DNA from: an uncultured Spirochaetales bacterium
GTDB taxonomy: Bacteria; Myxococcota_A; UBA9160; SMWR01
Direction of reading: 5' to 3'
Assembly (NCBI GenBank): GCA_964653555.1
Contig: CAZZFT010000001.1
Coordinates: 929 to 64,928 of the forward strand
Length of the DNA stretch: 64,000 bases
Shown piece by piece: positions 12,871-21,737 of the stretch. A model generated the notes under the pieces. The model searched no databases. It was not told where the DNA came from and saw only the letters and a list, made by a program, of their open reading frames with translations. The position numbers and the translations under genes were made by a program. Every line of letters begins with the position of its first letter. Positions within the stretch are counted from its first letter, which is position 1.

Positions 12871-14466
12871 TCACGCGGGAGCCCGCACCAGACGGCGCAC
12901 GATTCCGGAGTCGCCGTCGAGCTCGACCCAATCGCCCGTGCGGAGCCGATGGGTGGCGTCGCCGGCATTGACCACCGCAGGCACGCCCAGCTCCCGCGCG
13001 ACGATCGCCCCGTGGCTGATCGCGCTGCCGATGTCGATCACCACGCCCGCGGCGATCACGAACAGGGCCGCCCAGCTGGGGTCGGTGGTTTCGCAGATGA
13101 GGATCTCGCCCGGCTCGAGCTTGGCGGTGGTCGGGTCGATGACCACCCGGGCCCGACCCCGCACCAGACCGCCGCCGGCTCCCAGGCCATAGAACTCGAT
13201 CGGCTCTGTCGCGTCGTGGACCGGGCCGCGGGGAAGGGGTTCGGGCACGCCGGTCCAGGTCGCCGGCAGCGTGAGCCGCCGGTACTCGTCGTAGCGGCCG
13301 CGCCGGTACGTCACCGCCGCGCGCAGGTCGAGAGGCCGCGGGTCCAGCAGCTCCGCGAGCGTCGCGAAGAACACGTCGTCGGGCGCGTCGAGGGTACCTT
13401 GCGACGCCAGGATCTCACCGAGACGGCGCGCCGCAGCGCGCGCCACGTCGGCCGCCTGGAGGTAGCTGGCCTTGCCGCGCTCGCGGCGCGGGACGAGCCA
13501 CCCGGCGAGGGCCAGAGCGGTGCGCGCCCCCGGCCGGACGCGGGAGGGCAGGGCGGCCAGCAGCCGCCGGCGCGCGTCGGTGCCTCGCGCGTGCTGCCGG
13601 CGGCTCGCCTCGAGCGGGCTCTTCGAGGTCTCCAGGCTCGCGAAGGTGCGCAGCAGCTCCGCCAGGGGCGCGGGGTCTTCCCGCCACGTGTGGGTGGAGA
13701 GCTGTCCCTCGACCGGACCGTGGAAGCCGAAGTCCGCGACGAAGCTCTCGAGGGGCTCGACGCCGCGGGCCACCTGCCACATGCGGCGAGCCATGTCGGC
13801 CTCTTCGACGGAGCCGAATCCCGCTAGAGCCCGGGCCGCCAGGTCGGTCTCGCCGACGCGCGCCCCGAACCGGCGCACCTGGTCGAAGACGCCGGCCGCT
13901 GCCATCGACACCACCGTGTGTGCTCTCATCACCTCGCGGTGACGATCGCCGGCCTGGCGCAGGAGGTCTCGCGCAGACTCGGCGCTCGCGCCCGCGGCGC
14001 GCCCGATCGAGCGGCGCCACCACTCATCGGTGTCGGAGCGCAGGCGGTCGATCCTACGGGGCGCCCGCGCGAGGGCCAAGGGGGCGCGCGCGGCGATCGC
14101 GGGATAGCGGCGGCGGGTGGGTCGGCGGTCGGCGTCGGGACGCACGCTGCCCAGCACCTGACGCTCGATGTCGTCGGCGCTCACTCCCGGGGTGCGATCG
14201 GCGACCTGCCTCAGCGTGTCGACGTTCGAGGCCGCGCGTCCGAAGAAGATCGCCATGTGACGCTCCTCGACGCGCGCACGCATCGCCACCTCGCCGCGGG
14301 CGAACAGGCCCATGTCGAAGAAGGCGAGCCGACAGGCTGTCTCCGTGGCCTCGAAGAAGTAGGTCCAGGAGAGCGGTGTGCTGACCCCCGGGAAGGCCTC
14401 GGCCACGTTCCCGGAGGACCAGGCGACGTGGGGATCACACACGGGGGTGTGGATCGGGTCGATCAC
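12871..14466 (-). CDS. PEP-utilising-enzyme mobile (swivel His) domain protein, rifampicin-phosphotransferase-like, without recognisable ATP-grasp module
   Basis: The C-terminus GEILICETTDPSWAALFVIAAGVVIDIGSAISHGAIVARELGVPAV is the PEP-utilising mobile-domain signature. The GTG start at 14466 overlaps the SDR stop (GTGA). Confidence 0.75.
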   Translation of the reverse strand: MIDPIHTPVCDPHVAWSSGNVAEAFPGVSTPLSWTYFFEATETACRLAFFDMGLFARGEVAMRARVEERHMAIFFGRAASNVDTLRQVADRTPGVSADDIERQVLGSVRPDADRRPTRRRYPAIAARAPLALARAPRRIDRLRSDTDEWWRRSIGRAAGASAESARDLLRQAGDRHREVMRAHTVVSMAAAGVFDQVRRFGARVGETDLAARALAGFGSVEEADMARRMWQVARGVEPLESFVADFGFHGPVEGQLSTHTWREDPAPLAELLRTFASLETSKSPLEASRRQHARGTDARRRLLAALPSRVRPGARTALALAGWLVPRRERGKASYLQAADVARAAARRLGEILASQGTLDAPDDVFFATLAELLDPRPLDLRAAVTYRRGRYDEYRRLTLPATWTGVPEPLPRGPVHDATEPIEFYGLGAGGGLVRGRARVVIDPTTAKLEPGEILICETTDPSWAALFVIAAGVVIDIGSAISHGAIVARELGVPAVVNAGDATHRLRTGDWVELDGDSGIVRRLVRAPA

Positions 14467-15254
14467 GGAGTCTTCTTCTTGAAGAGCAGGTTCCCGAACA
14501 TGGCGAAGTGGCCGGTCGTCATGCCCCCGTCCACCGAGATCACCTGTCCCGTGATGAAGCGGGCGCCGTCGCTGGCGAGCCAGGCGACCAGCTCGGCGAC
14601 CTCCTCGACGCGGCCTAGGCGGCCCATCGGCGTCATCCCTTCCATGAATTCCCACATCTCGGGCGTCACCATCGACTCGGCGAGCTCCGTGTGCAGAAGA
14701 CCCGGCTCGATCACGTTGCAGCGCACGCGGCGCGCCGCGAGCTCGAGCGCCGCTACGCGCGTGATCATCTCCAGCGCGGCCTTGGCGGTGATGTAGGCGG
14801 CGATCAGGGGCGTTGGCTCCTTCGCCGTGGTGGAGCTGATGTTCAGGATCACTCCGTCACCGCGCGCCGCCATCCCCGCACCGAACCCCTGCATGAGACG
14901 GCACGCCGCCCAGAAGCCGACCTCGAGCGTCCGCTCGAACTCCGCGCGCGGAGTCTCGAGGAACGGCATCATGCGCTCCTCGGCGGCCGCGTTGTTGACC
15001 AGCACGTCGATGCGGCCCGCCGTCGCGATCAGGTCCTCGACGCGGGTCGGGTCCGTGAGATCGGCGGGCAGGGGACGCGCGCGATCGCCCGCCTCGGCAA
15101 TCTCCTGCGCGACCCGCCGGAGGGCGTCCTCCCCGCGAGCGACGAGGATCACATCCGCGCCCGCAGCGGCGAGGCGCCGCGCGATCGCTCGGCCGATCCC
15201 CCGGCTCGCGCCCGTGACCAGCGCAACCTTGTCCGCCAGCATCCGATCGCCCAT
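14463..15254 (-). CDS. SDR family oxidoreductase (FabG-like)
   Basis: VTGASRGIGRAIA, NNAA, YITAKAAL. Confidence 0.88.
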   Translation of the reverse strand: MGDRMLADKVALVTGASRGIGRAIARRLAAAGADVILVARGEDALRRVAQEIAEAGDRARPLPADLTDPTRVEDLIATAGRIDVLVNNAAAEERMMPFLETPRAEFERTLEVGFWAACRLMQGFGAGMAARGDGVILNISSTTAKEPTPLIAAYITAKAALEMITRVAALELAARRVRCNVIEPGLLHTELAESMVTPEMWEFMEGMTPMGRLGRVEEVAELVAWLASDGARFITGQVISVDGGMTTGHFAMFGNLLFKKKTP

Positions 15255-15300
15255 GCGCTGCTTCCCAGCCCGGGACGCCGGCTTCGCCCGCGCCCGGGCC

Positions 15301-15330
15301 GTTTATGTTACATACGTGCCGATTCGAAAG
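15301..15330. promoter_or_regulatory. Recurrent motif, site 2 (SDR / NTF2 divergent region)
   Basis: GTTTATGTTACATACGTGCCGATTCGAAAG. Confidence 0.4.
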
Positions 15331-15417
15331 CGATCGGGAAGTGCGGGCGGGGCATGGGCCGACCCCGGCTTCCGGCGAGGCCACCCAGCCGGGCTGGGCA
15401 GCGGGAGAGGGGGAGCG

Positions 15418-15852
15418 ATGGACACGCGAGACCAGCTCGAGATTCGCGAGGTCCTGGCGCGATACGGATTCGTCGTCGACGACCGCGACTGGGGTGGCTT
15501 CGAGCAGGTCTTCACGGAGGATGGCGAGTGCGATCTCACCGCCTGGCAAGTGCCCCTGATGCGCGGTCTGGACGCGATCCGCGAGACCTACGCGGACATC
15601 CAGCACCCCGAGGCCCATTGCACGATGAACGTGATCGTGACCGAGACCTCGCCCGACACGGCGCGCGTGCGCAGCAAGATCCTGGCCGTGAGACCGGATC
15701 GGCGCGTGGAGACGGCCGAATACCACGACGAGGTGCGGCGCACGGCTGCGGGCTGGCGCATCGCCCGACGGATCGTCGTGCCGAAGCTCTCGACCGACTC
15801 CTGGGATGTCTCCAAAGGTCAGGCGCCTGAATCCGCCGGATCGGACCGCTAG
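15418..15852 (+). CDS. NTF2-like (SnoaL-like) family protein
   Basis: 144 aa. ATG 15418 follows GGGGGAGCG. The DQLEIREVLARYGFVVDDRDW pattern is typical of the family. The upstream part of ORF 14827-15852 is antisense to the SDR. Confidence 0.72.
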   Translation: MDTRDQLEIREVLARYGFVVDDRDWGGFEQVFTEDGECDLTAWQVPLMRGLDAIRETYADIQHPEAHCTMNVIVTETSPDTARVRSKILAVRPDRRVETAEYHDEVRRTAAGWRIARRIVVPKLSTDSWDVSKGQAPESAGSDR

Positions 15853-16922
15853 GGCCCGGCGGTCCCGCCGTCGGAGGGCGGGCTGCCGGCTCGACGGAAG
15901 TGCGGAATCACCTCGCTGGCGAAGAGTTCGAGGTGCTCGTCCATCCGGCGGGTGGGGAAGCCGGGGGGCACCGTCCAGGAGAAGTACCGCTCGACGGGAT
16001 TGTGCTCGAGGTAGCGACGCAGAGTGTGCACGCCCTCGGCGGGGGTCACGACCTTGAGCAGCCCGGAGGCCTCCAGGCTCCGCTCGTCGACGACGTCCGG
16101 CAGCGGTCGCTGGCCCGCCTCGGACAGCCAGCGGTTGTAGGAGCGCAGCTGGTAGATGGCGTGAGGCGCCAGCTCGCGCCACGTGCGCTCGGGATCCCGC
16201 GAGACGAACAGCCACATGTGCCCGCCCGCGAGCCGGCCCGAGCCGGGATCCCGGTCGGCCGCCGCCAGGGCCTCGCGATAGACCTCGATCTGGGCCTTCA
16301 TCGGTCCGGTTCCGACGTAGCCGTCTCCGAGCCGTGCCGCGCGACGCGGACCGGCCTTCGCGAAGCCGCCGACCCAGATCGGGGGACGGGGCTCCTGAAC
16401 CGGACGCGGCACGAGCTTCACGCCGTCCAGACGATGGTGGCGTCCGTGGAAGCCGAGAGTCTCGCCCTCCCAGAGGCGCCGGATGATTTGGAGTCCCTCG
16501 TCGGTACGGCTGCCCCGCTCGCTGCGGGGCACTCCCAGACCGTCGAACTCGCAAGGGCGGTAGCCGACGCCGACACCGAGCTCGAAGCGTCCGCCGGAGA
16601 GAATGTCGACGGTGGCGCCGTCCTCGGCGACCCGCACGGGATGGTGCAGTGGGAGCAACAGAACCGCCGTGCCGATGCGGATCCGCTCGGTGCGGGCGGC
16701 GACGGCAGCGGCCAGCGGGAGGGTCGAGGGTGCGTGACCGTCCTCGCAGAAGTGGTGCTCGGTGAGCCAGACATCGTCGTAGCCGATGCTCTCCGCCCAG
16801 CGGATCTGGTCCAGCATGTCGGCGTAGAGGCGCTGGAAGGGCTGGTGCCACTCGGAGGGGTTGCGCAGCGAGTACCAGAGTCCGAAGCGGAGCGGGCGTT
16901 GCGCGCGGAGCACCTCGGTCAC
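15849..16922 (-). CDS. LLM class flavin/F420-dependent oxidoreductase
   Basis: WLTEHHF..., IRIGTAVLLLPLHHPVRVAEDGATVDILSGGRFELGVGVGY. GTG 16922 is preceded by GGGAGGG. Confidence 0.85.
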   Translation of the reverse strand: MTEVLRAQRPLRFGLWYSLRNPSEWHQPFQRLYADMLDQIRWAESIGYDDVWLTEHHFCEDGHAPSTLPLAAAVAARTERIRIGTAVLLLPLHHPVRVAEDGATVDILSGGRFELGVGVGYRPCEFDGLGVPRSERGSRTDEGLQIIRRLWEGETLGFHGRHHRLDGVKLVPRPVQEPRPPIWVGGFAKAGPRRAARLGDGYVGTGPMKAQIEVYREALAAADRDPGSGRLAGGHMWLFVSRDPERTWRELAPHAIYQLRSYNRWLSEAGQRPLPDVVDERSLEASGLLKVVTPAEGVHTLRRYLEHNPVERYFSWTVPPGFPTRRMDEHLELFASEVIPHFRRAGSPPSDGGTAGP

Positions 16923-17000
16923 GGTCCCTCCCCTCGGCTCCGTCGGGCTGCCCACTCCTGGCGCCGGCCGATTCCCGGCGTCGTGCGCGCGCCGCGCCGC

Positions 17001-17810
17001 TCAGGCGTGGCGCGCGAGCCAGTCGCGGAGGATCCCGATGTAGCGCTCGGGGTGATCGACGGTGACCGAGTGGCTCACTCCGTCGATCTCCCCGTACTCC
17101 GCGCGCGGGACCGCCGCCGCCAGCTGCTGCGCGTGCTTGCGCGGGACCAGCAGGTCGGCGGTTCCCCACAGCGCCAGCAGCGGGACCTGGATCCGACCCA
17201 GCTCTTCGTCCGAGAGCGAGTGGTTCAGATCGACGTCGACCTGACGGAGGAAGGCATCGCGGTCGAAGGTCGCCGCGAGACCCTTGCCGACCAGGTCGAT
17301 CTGCTCGCCCATCGCCTCGAGCGTCTCGTTCGAGAAGGACATGAACGACATCAGCTTGAACTGCATCTCCCAGCCGCAGGTCTGGACCAGCTCCTTCCAG
17401 AACCCGAACTGGCGGCGCAGGTGCTCGTCGACGCGTGCCCAGCACGAGGCCGTGCTCAGCGAGATCAGCCGCTCGGGATGGCGGAGCGCGATCTGCAGCG
17501 CCACGCAGCCGCCGAGAGAGAATCCGGCCGCCTGGACGCGGTCCACGTCGAAGGCGTCGAGGACCGCGACCGCGTCGTCGGCGATCCGGGCGCTGTCGTA
17601 GGGAACCTTCGCGCGCTCGGCGTCCCCGACGTCGCGGGAGTCGAAGGTGAAGATCCGATACCGGTCTGCGAGCCCCATCACCGTCGGGCTCCACATCGAG
17701 CGTGGCATGGTCGTCCCGGCGATCAACAGGACGGGCGGTCCGCCGGGATTGCCCGACTCCTCGCCCACGATGCGAAGCCCGTCCGAGGTCGTGACCTCCA
17801 CGATTGCCAT
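17001..17810 (-). CDS. Alpha/beta hydrolase
   Basis: 269 aa with nucleophile elbow GFSLGG, PVLLIAG, and a C-terminal GVSH. RBS GGAGGA. Confidence 0.85.
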   Translation of the reverse strand: MAIVEVTTSDGLRIVGEESGNPGGPPVLLIAGTTMPRSMWSPTVMGLADRYRIFTFDSRDVGDAERAKVPYDSARIADDAVAVLDAFDVDRVQAAGFSLGGCVALQIALRHPERLISLSTASCWARVDEHLRRQFGFWKELVQTCGWEMQFKLMSFMSFSNETLEAMGEQIDLVGKGLAATFDRDAFLRQVDVDLNHSLSDEELGRIQVPLLALWGTADLLVPRKHAQQLAAAVPRAEYGEIDGVSHSVTVDHPERYIGILRDWLARHA

Positions 17811-17845
17811 CTTTCATCCTCCCGATCCTTCGAGCGGAAGCCGCT

Positions 17846-18622
17846 TCAGAGGATCTCGAGCTTACGTCCGGCGAGCATCCCGCCGTCTACCACGTGTGCT
17901 TCGCCCGTCACGAAGGCCGCGTCGTCCGAGGCCAGGTAGGCGATCGACCCGGCGATCTCTTCGGGGACCGCGTTGCGGCCGAGCGGATGGACTGAGCGGC
18001 CCGACTCGAGCACCTTCGCGCCCATCTCGGGGCCGACGATCGCATCCATGAAGCGCGTCACCACGCCGCCGGGACACACGGCGTTCACGCGCACGGTCGG
18101 TGCGAACTCCATCGCCGCCGATCGCGTCATCGAGACCACGGCTCCCTTCGTGCCGGAGTAGAGCACGTCCATCGGCGTCCCCAGCAGGGCGGCCACCGAA
18201 GCCACGTTCACGATCGCGCCACCCCCCGTCTCGATCATTCGGGGAGCGGCGACGGCCATGCCGTAGAGGACGCCCTTCACGTTGATGGCGAGCAGCCGGT
18301 CGATGGTCTCCTCGTCCAGCGCGGCGAGGGGCGAGAAGACGCCGACGCCGGCGTTGTTCACGAGAACGTGGAAGCCGCCCAGCTCGCGGGCCGCGCGCTC
18401 GATCAGCGCCTCGACGTCGGAACGCACCGCGACGTTCGCAGGTACCGCGATCGCGCGGCCACCGGCCTCCTCGATCGAGGCGGCGACGTCCTTCGCGCGG
18501 CCTTCGTCAACGTCGGACACGGCCACCCGGGCGCCTTCGGCCGCCAGACGCCGCGCCGACGCGGCGCCGATTCCCGAGCCCGCCCCCGTGATCACGGCCA
18601 CGCGACCTTCGAAACGCATCAT
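17846..18622 (-). CDS. SDR family oxidoreductase
   Basis: ITGAGSGIGAA, NNAG, YSGTKGAV. RBS AGGAG. Confidence 0.88.
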   Translation of the reverse strand: MMRFEGRVAVITGAGSGIGAASARRLAAEGARVAVSDVDEGRAKDVAASIEEAGGRAIAVPANVAVRSDVEALIERAARELGGFHVLVNNAGVGVFSPLAALDEETIDRLLAINVKGVLYGMAVAAPRMIETGGGAIVNVASVAALLGTPMDVLYSGTKGAVVSMTRSAAMEFAPTVRVNAVCPGGVVTRFMDAIVGPEMGAKVLESGRSVHPLGRNAVPEEIAGSIAYLASDDAAFVTGEAHVVDGGMLAGRKLEIL

Positions 18623-18656
18623 GGCGGACTCCTGCAGCGAGAGCCGCGGTCGCGAC

Positions 18657-19448
18657 TCAGCGGCCTTGGTAGTGGGGGGCTCGCTTCTCCTTGAAGGCGG
18701 CGATCGCCTCGAGGAGATCGTCGGAGCCCAGGGAGATGATCTCCTGGGTGAAGGACAGGTCCAGCACCTCGCTGGCGCGGTGCTGGAGCACCCGGTTCAA
18801 GGCCCGCTTGGTGCCCTGCACCGCGAGGGGCGGGAGCGCCGCGATCCGCTCGGCGAGGGCGCGCGCCACCGGCAGCGCGTCCTCGGGGTGCTCGACCAGG
18901 TCCGTGACCATTCCCCACTGGTGGGCGAGATCGGCCGGCACCGGGTCGCCAGTCAGCAGGTGGCGCTTCGCGACCAGCATGCCCGCCGAGGAGGGCCATG
19001 CGAAGCATCCGCCGTCTCCGGCGACGAGTCCGATCGCCACGTGGGGATCGGAGATACGGGCGGAGCGCGCAGCGACGACGGCGTCGCACGAGAGCACGAT
19101 CGATGCGGCCAGGCCGATCGCGTCGCCATGAAGCGCGACGACGATCGGCTGGGGGAGGTCGAGGAGCGCCCCGACGAGCTCGCGGCCGTCGTCGGTGATG
19201 CGCAGCCGGTTCGCGACGCTCCGGTGGCACTCCTCCATCAGCTCGAAGTCGCCCCCGGCCGAGAACACCTTGCCCGTCGAGGCCAGCACGATCGCGCGCA
19301 GATCCCGCTGGCCGCGCAGGTCGCGGAGGACCGCGGTGAACTCGACGTGGGCGGCTGCGTCGAAGCGGTTGAGCAGCTGGGGCCGGGTCAGCGTGAGCTC
19401 GGCGATGTCGTCTCGCCGCTCGATCGAGAAGCACCGGTACGCGGGCAT
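18657..19448 (-). CDS. Enoyl-CoA hydratase/isomerase (crotonase) family protein
   Basis: 263 aa. IAELTLTRPQLLNRF and FSAGGDF are crotonase-fold signatures. ATG 19448 has no SD and a CATAAT box lies 7 nt upstream. Confidence 0.82.
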   Translation of the reverse strand: MPAYRCFSIERRDDIAELTLTRPQLLNRFDAAAHVEFTAVLRDLRGQRDLRAIVLASTGKVFSAGGDFELMEECHRSVANRLRITDDGRELVGALLDLPQPIVVALHGDAIGLAASIVLSCDAVVAARSARISDPHVAIGLVAGDGGCFAWPSSAGMLVAKRHLLTGDPVPADLAHQWGMVTDLVEHPEDALPVARALAERIAALPPLAVQGTKRALNRVLQHRASEVLDLSFTQEIISLGSDDLLEAIAAFKEKRAPHYQGR

Positions 19449-19453
19449 GCAGC

Positions 19454-19483
19454 GAATTATGCAACTCAGCGCACGAAATTTCC
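19454..19483. promoter_or_regulatory. Recurrent motif, site 3 (upstream of crotonase)
   Basis: GAATTATGCAACTCAGCGCACGAAATTTCC. On the minus strand it reads CATAAT 7 nt before the ATG. Confidence 0.4.
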
Positions 19484-19530
19484 AGCACCGGCGTTGGGAG
19501 GCGGTGGGGACCCGGATCCGGGGCCGCGGG

Positions 19531-20409
19531 TCAGCGAAGCGCCTCGGGGAGAGCGCTCGCGTCGAGCAGCTGATCGAACAGGCCTTCCTCACGGGCCTCC
19601 TTCTCGATCAAGCGAGCGGTGAGGGCCTGGATCTGGAGCATCGTGCGGGCGTGCTCGCGCAGCTTCTTGCGGTCGGCGGCGCGCGTGTCGTTCAGGGCGC
19701 GGGTCAGCCAGGTGTGCGCCTGGTCGGCCGCCCGCTGGGCGATCGCGCTCACGCGCAACAGGATGTCCTGGACCGCGGGATGATCGGTCCGGAAGGCGTG
19801 GATTCCCATCCACGACCCCTGGTTGAAGACGAGCTGGTCCACCAGGAACTCGTTCCAGGAGCTGTCGGCGCGCAGCGCGCCGAGCAGCGCCGTGAGGGCG
19901 CCGTGGCTCGACGGAGGACCGCGCCGTGTGCTCGCGAGCTGCTTCGCGAGTGACGTCACGAGCTCGTGGCGATCCGCCGCATCGCGGATCAGGTGGCTCT
20001 TCCACTCGGGATCGGCGACCTCGGACGCCATTCGCAGCACCGCGTCGCGCGCGGCGCTCTGGAGCTCGTCGATCAGCGAGAGCATGTACAGCTCTTCCTC
20101 GTTCGCGCCCGCCAGATCGCGAACCGGCTCCTGGAGAACGATCGCCCGACTCCTCCCCGGCTCGCGCCGCAGATAGCCCTTGCGCTCCAGGGTCTTCAGC
20201 ATGCGATGCGCGCCGGAGGGCGAGCCGAGGCGGCACGCCCCGGCGAGCTCCTCGGTGGTGGGTGCGAAGCCGTGCTCGTCGATGTGCTTGCGCAGGTAGG
20301 TCAGCACGTCCGCCTGGCGGGCGGTGAGCGACCCGCCCGGGCGCTCGGCACGTCGCGAGCGGGATTCTCCGCGGGCCTCGGCCTTTCGAGTTGATTTATG
20401 GGAAATCAT
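19531..20409 (-). CDS. Transcriptional regulator with LexA-type N-terminal DNA-binding domain and non-peptidase helical C-terminal domain
   Basis: LTARQADVLTYLRKHIDEHGFAPTTEELAGACRLGSPSGAHRMLKTLERKGYLRREPGRSRAIVL matches the LexA winged-helix pattern. No S24 Ser/Lys peptidase motifs are recognisable in the remaining ~200 aa. Confidence 0.7.
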   Translation of the reverse strand: MISHKSTRKAEARGESRSRRAERPGGSLTARQADVLTYLRKHIDEHGFAPTTEELAGACRLGSPSGAHRMLKTLERKGYLRREPGRSRAIVLQEPVRDLAGANEEELYMLSLIDELQSAARDAVLRMASEVADPEWKSHLIRDAADRHELVTSLAKQLASTRRGPPSSHGALTALLGALRADSSWNEFLVDQLVFNQGSWMGIHAFRTDHPAVQDILLRVSAIAQRAADQAHTWLTRALNDTRAADRKKLREHARTMLQIQALTARLIEKEAREEGLFDQLLDASALPEALR

Positions 20410-20434
20410 TTCACTAAAATACCGAAGATCGATA

Positions 20435-20464
20435 GCTTATGTGAAATTTTATACATGTGCCACG
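20435..20464. promoter_or_regulatory. Recurrent motif, site 4 (LexA-like regulator / LLM divergent region)
   Basis: GCTTATGTGAAATTTTATACATGTGCCACG. Confidence 0.35.
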
Positions 20465-20502
20465 CCGGGTCGTCCCGGCCTCGCCAGGAGGATGCGCACG
20501 CG

Positions 20503-21705
20503 ATGAAGGTGGGACTCTTCTACTTCCCGGCGATCGGCAGCGGTGACCCCCTGGCCTACGAGCGGCGGAACATCGGGAATGATCCGGAGCAGTACGCCTA
20601 CCTCCTCGAGGACCTGCGGCTCCAGACCCAGCTCGCCGAGGAGCACGGCTTCCACGGGGTCTACTTCGCCGAACACCACTTCGACACCGAGGGCTTCGAG
20701 CTCTGTCACAACCCGCTGCTCTTCGGCGCCTGGGTCGCGAAGCACACCGAGCGGATCAAGGTCGGTCAACTGGGCCTGGTGTTGCCCGCGTGGAATCCAC
20801 TGCGCCTCGCGGAGGACTTCGCCGTCCTCTCCTACATCTTCCCAGAACGCTTCGAGCTCGGCTTCGCCCGTGGCTTCCAGACGCGCGAGGTGGCGCCCCT
20901 GGCTGCCGCGCACCAGATCGAGGGCGCGCTGTCGGACATGAGCGAGGCGGACCAGCGAAACCGTCGCCTCTTCCTGGAGCACTACGAGATCCTGATGAAG
21001 GCGCTTCGCGAGAAGCTCTTCCACTACGCCGGGGAGTTCAACACGGTCCCGCCGAAGGGGCTCGCGTGGACGAATCCGGCGACCCGGAACTTCGGGGGTG
21101 GGGTCGACTCCAGCGGAACGCTCACCGACATCGGCACCATCCCCCCGCTCGAGGGAGCTATGCCCCAGCGCTGGCAGGCATTCTCGTTCTCGCCGGAGAC
21201 GATGGAGTGGGCCGCGCGCGAGGGAATGAACCTGGCCATGTTCGAGGTCAAGCCGGAATCCCAGCGCAGGTACCAGCAGGTATTCATGGAAGAGGCCAAC
21301 CGGCACGGTCGCAATCTCCGCTTCGGCGAGGGGATCAGCTACACGCGGGGCTTGCTCTGCCTGGAGGACGGCGATCGGGCGCGGTCGATCGACAAGGCTG
21401 CTTGCGACAAGGTCTGGGGAGAATGGTTCTCGGGCACCGGCTTCACCAACGCCTTCGCGCTCCCCGAAGACGACCTGCCGCTCCCCTACACCTACGAGAT
21501 GCTCGCGGAGCGCGGCTTCAACTTCGTCGGAACCCCCGACGACGTCACGCGCTGCCTCGAGAAGCTCGTGAAGAACACGAACCTCGAGTACTTCAATCTG
21601 CACATCCAGACGGGTGCCGTGCCGCGAGACGTGCTGCTCGAGTCGATCGACTTGTTCGCCCGCAAGGTTCTGCCGCGATTCGACTTCGAACCGCTCAAGG
21701 CCTAG
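20503..21705 (+). CDS. LLM class flavin-dependent oxidoreductase, long (~400 aa) subtype, paralog A
   Basis: MKVGLFYFP...YFAEHHFDTEGFE...GQLGLVLPAWNPLRLAEDFA...ELGFARGFQTREV. RBS CAGGAGGA lies upstream. Confidence 0.85.
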   Translation: MKVGLFYFPAIGSGDPLAYERRNIGNDPEQYAYLLEDLRLQTQLAEEHGFHGVYFAEHHFDTEGFELCHNPLLFGAWVAKHTERIKVGQLGLVLPAWNPLRLAEDFAVLSYIFPERFELGFARGFQTREVAPLAAAHQIEGALSDMSEADQRNRRLFLEHYEILMKALREKLFHYAGEFNTVPPKGLAWTNPATRNFGGGVDSSGTLTDIGTIPPLEGAMPQRWQAFSFSPETMEWAAREGMNLAMFEVKPESQRRYQQVFMEEANRHGRNLRFGEGISYTRGLLCLEDGDRARSIDKAACDKVWGEWFSGTGFTNAFALPEDDLPLPYTYEMLAERGFNFVGTPDDVTRCLEKLVKNTNLEYFNLHIQTGAVPRDVLLESIDLFARKVLPRFDFEPLKA

Positions 21706-21737
21706 CGAAGTCACCCAGAGATCCGGAGGACGAGGCA

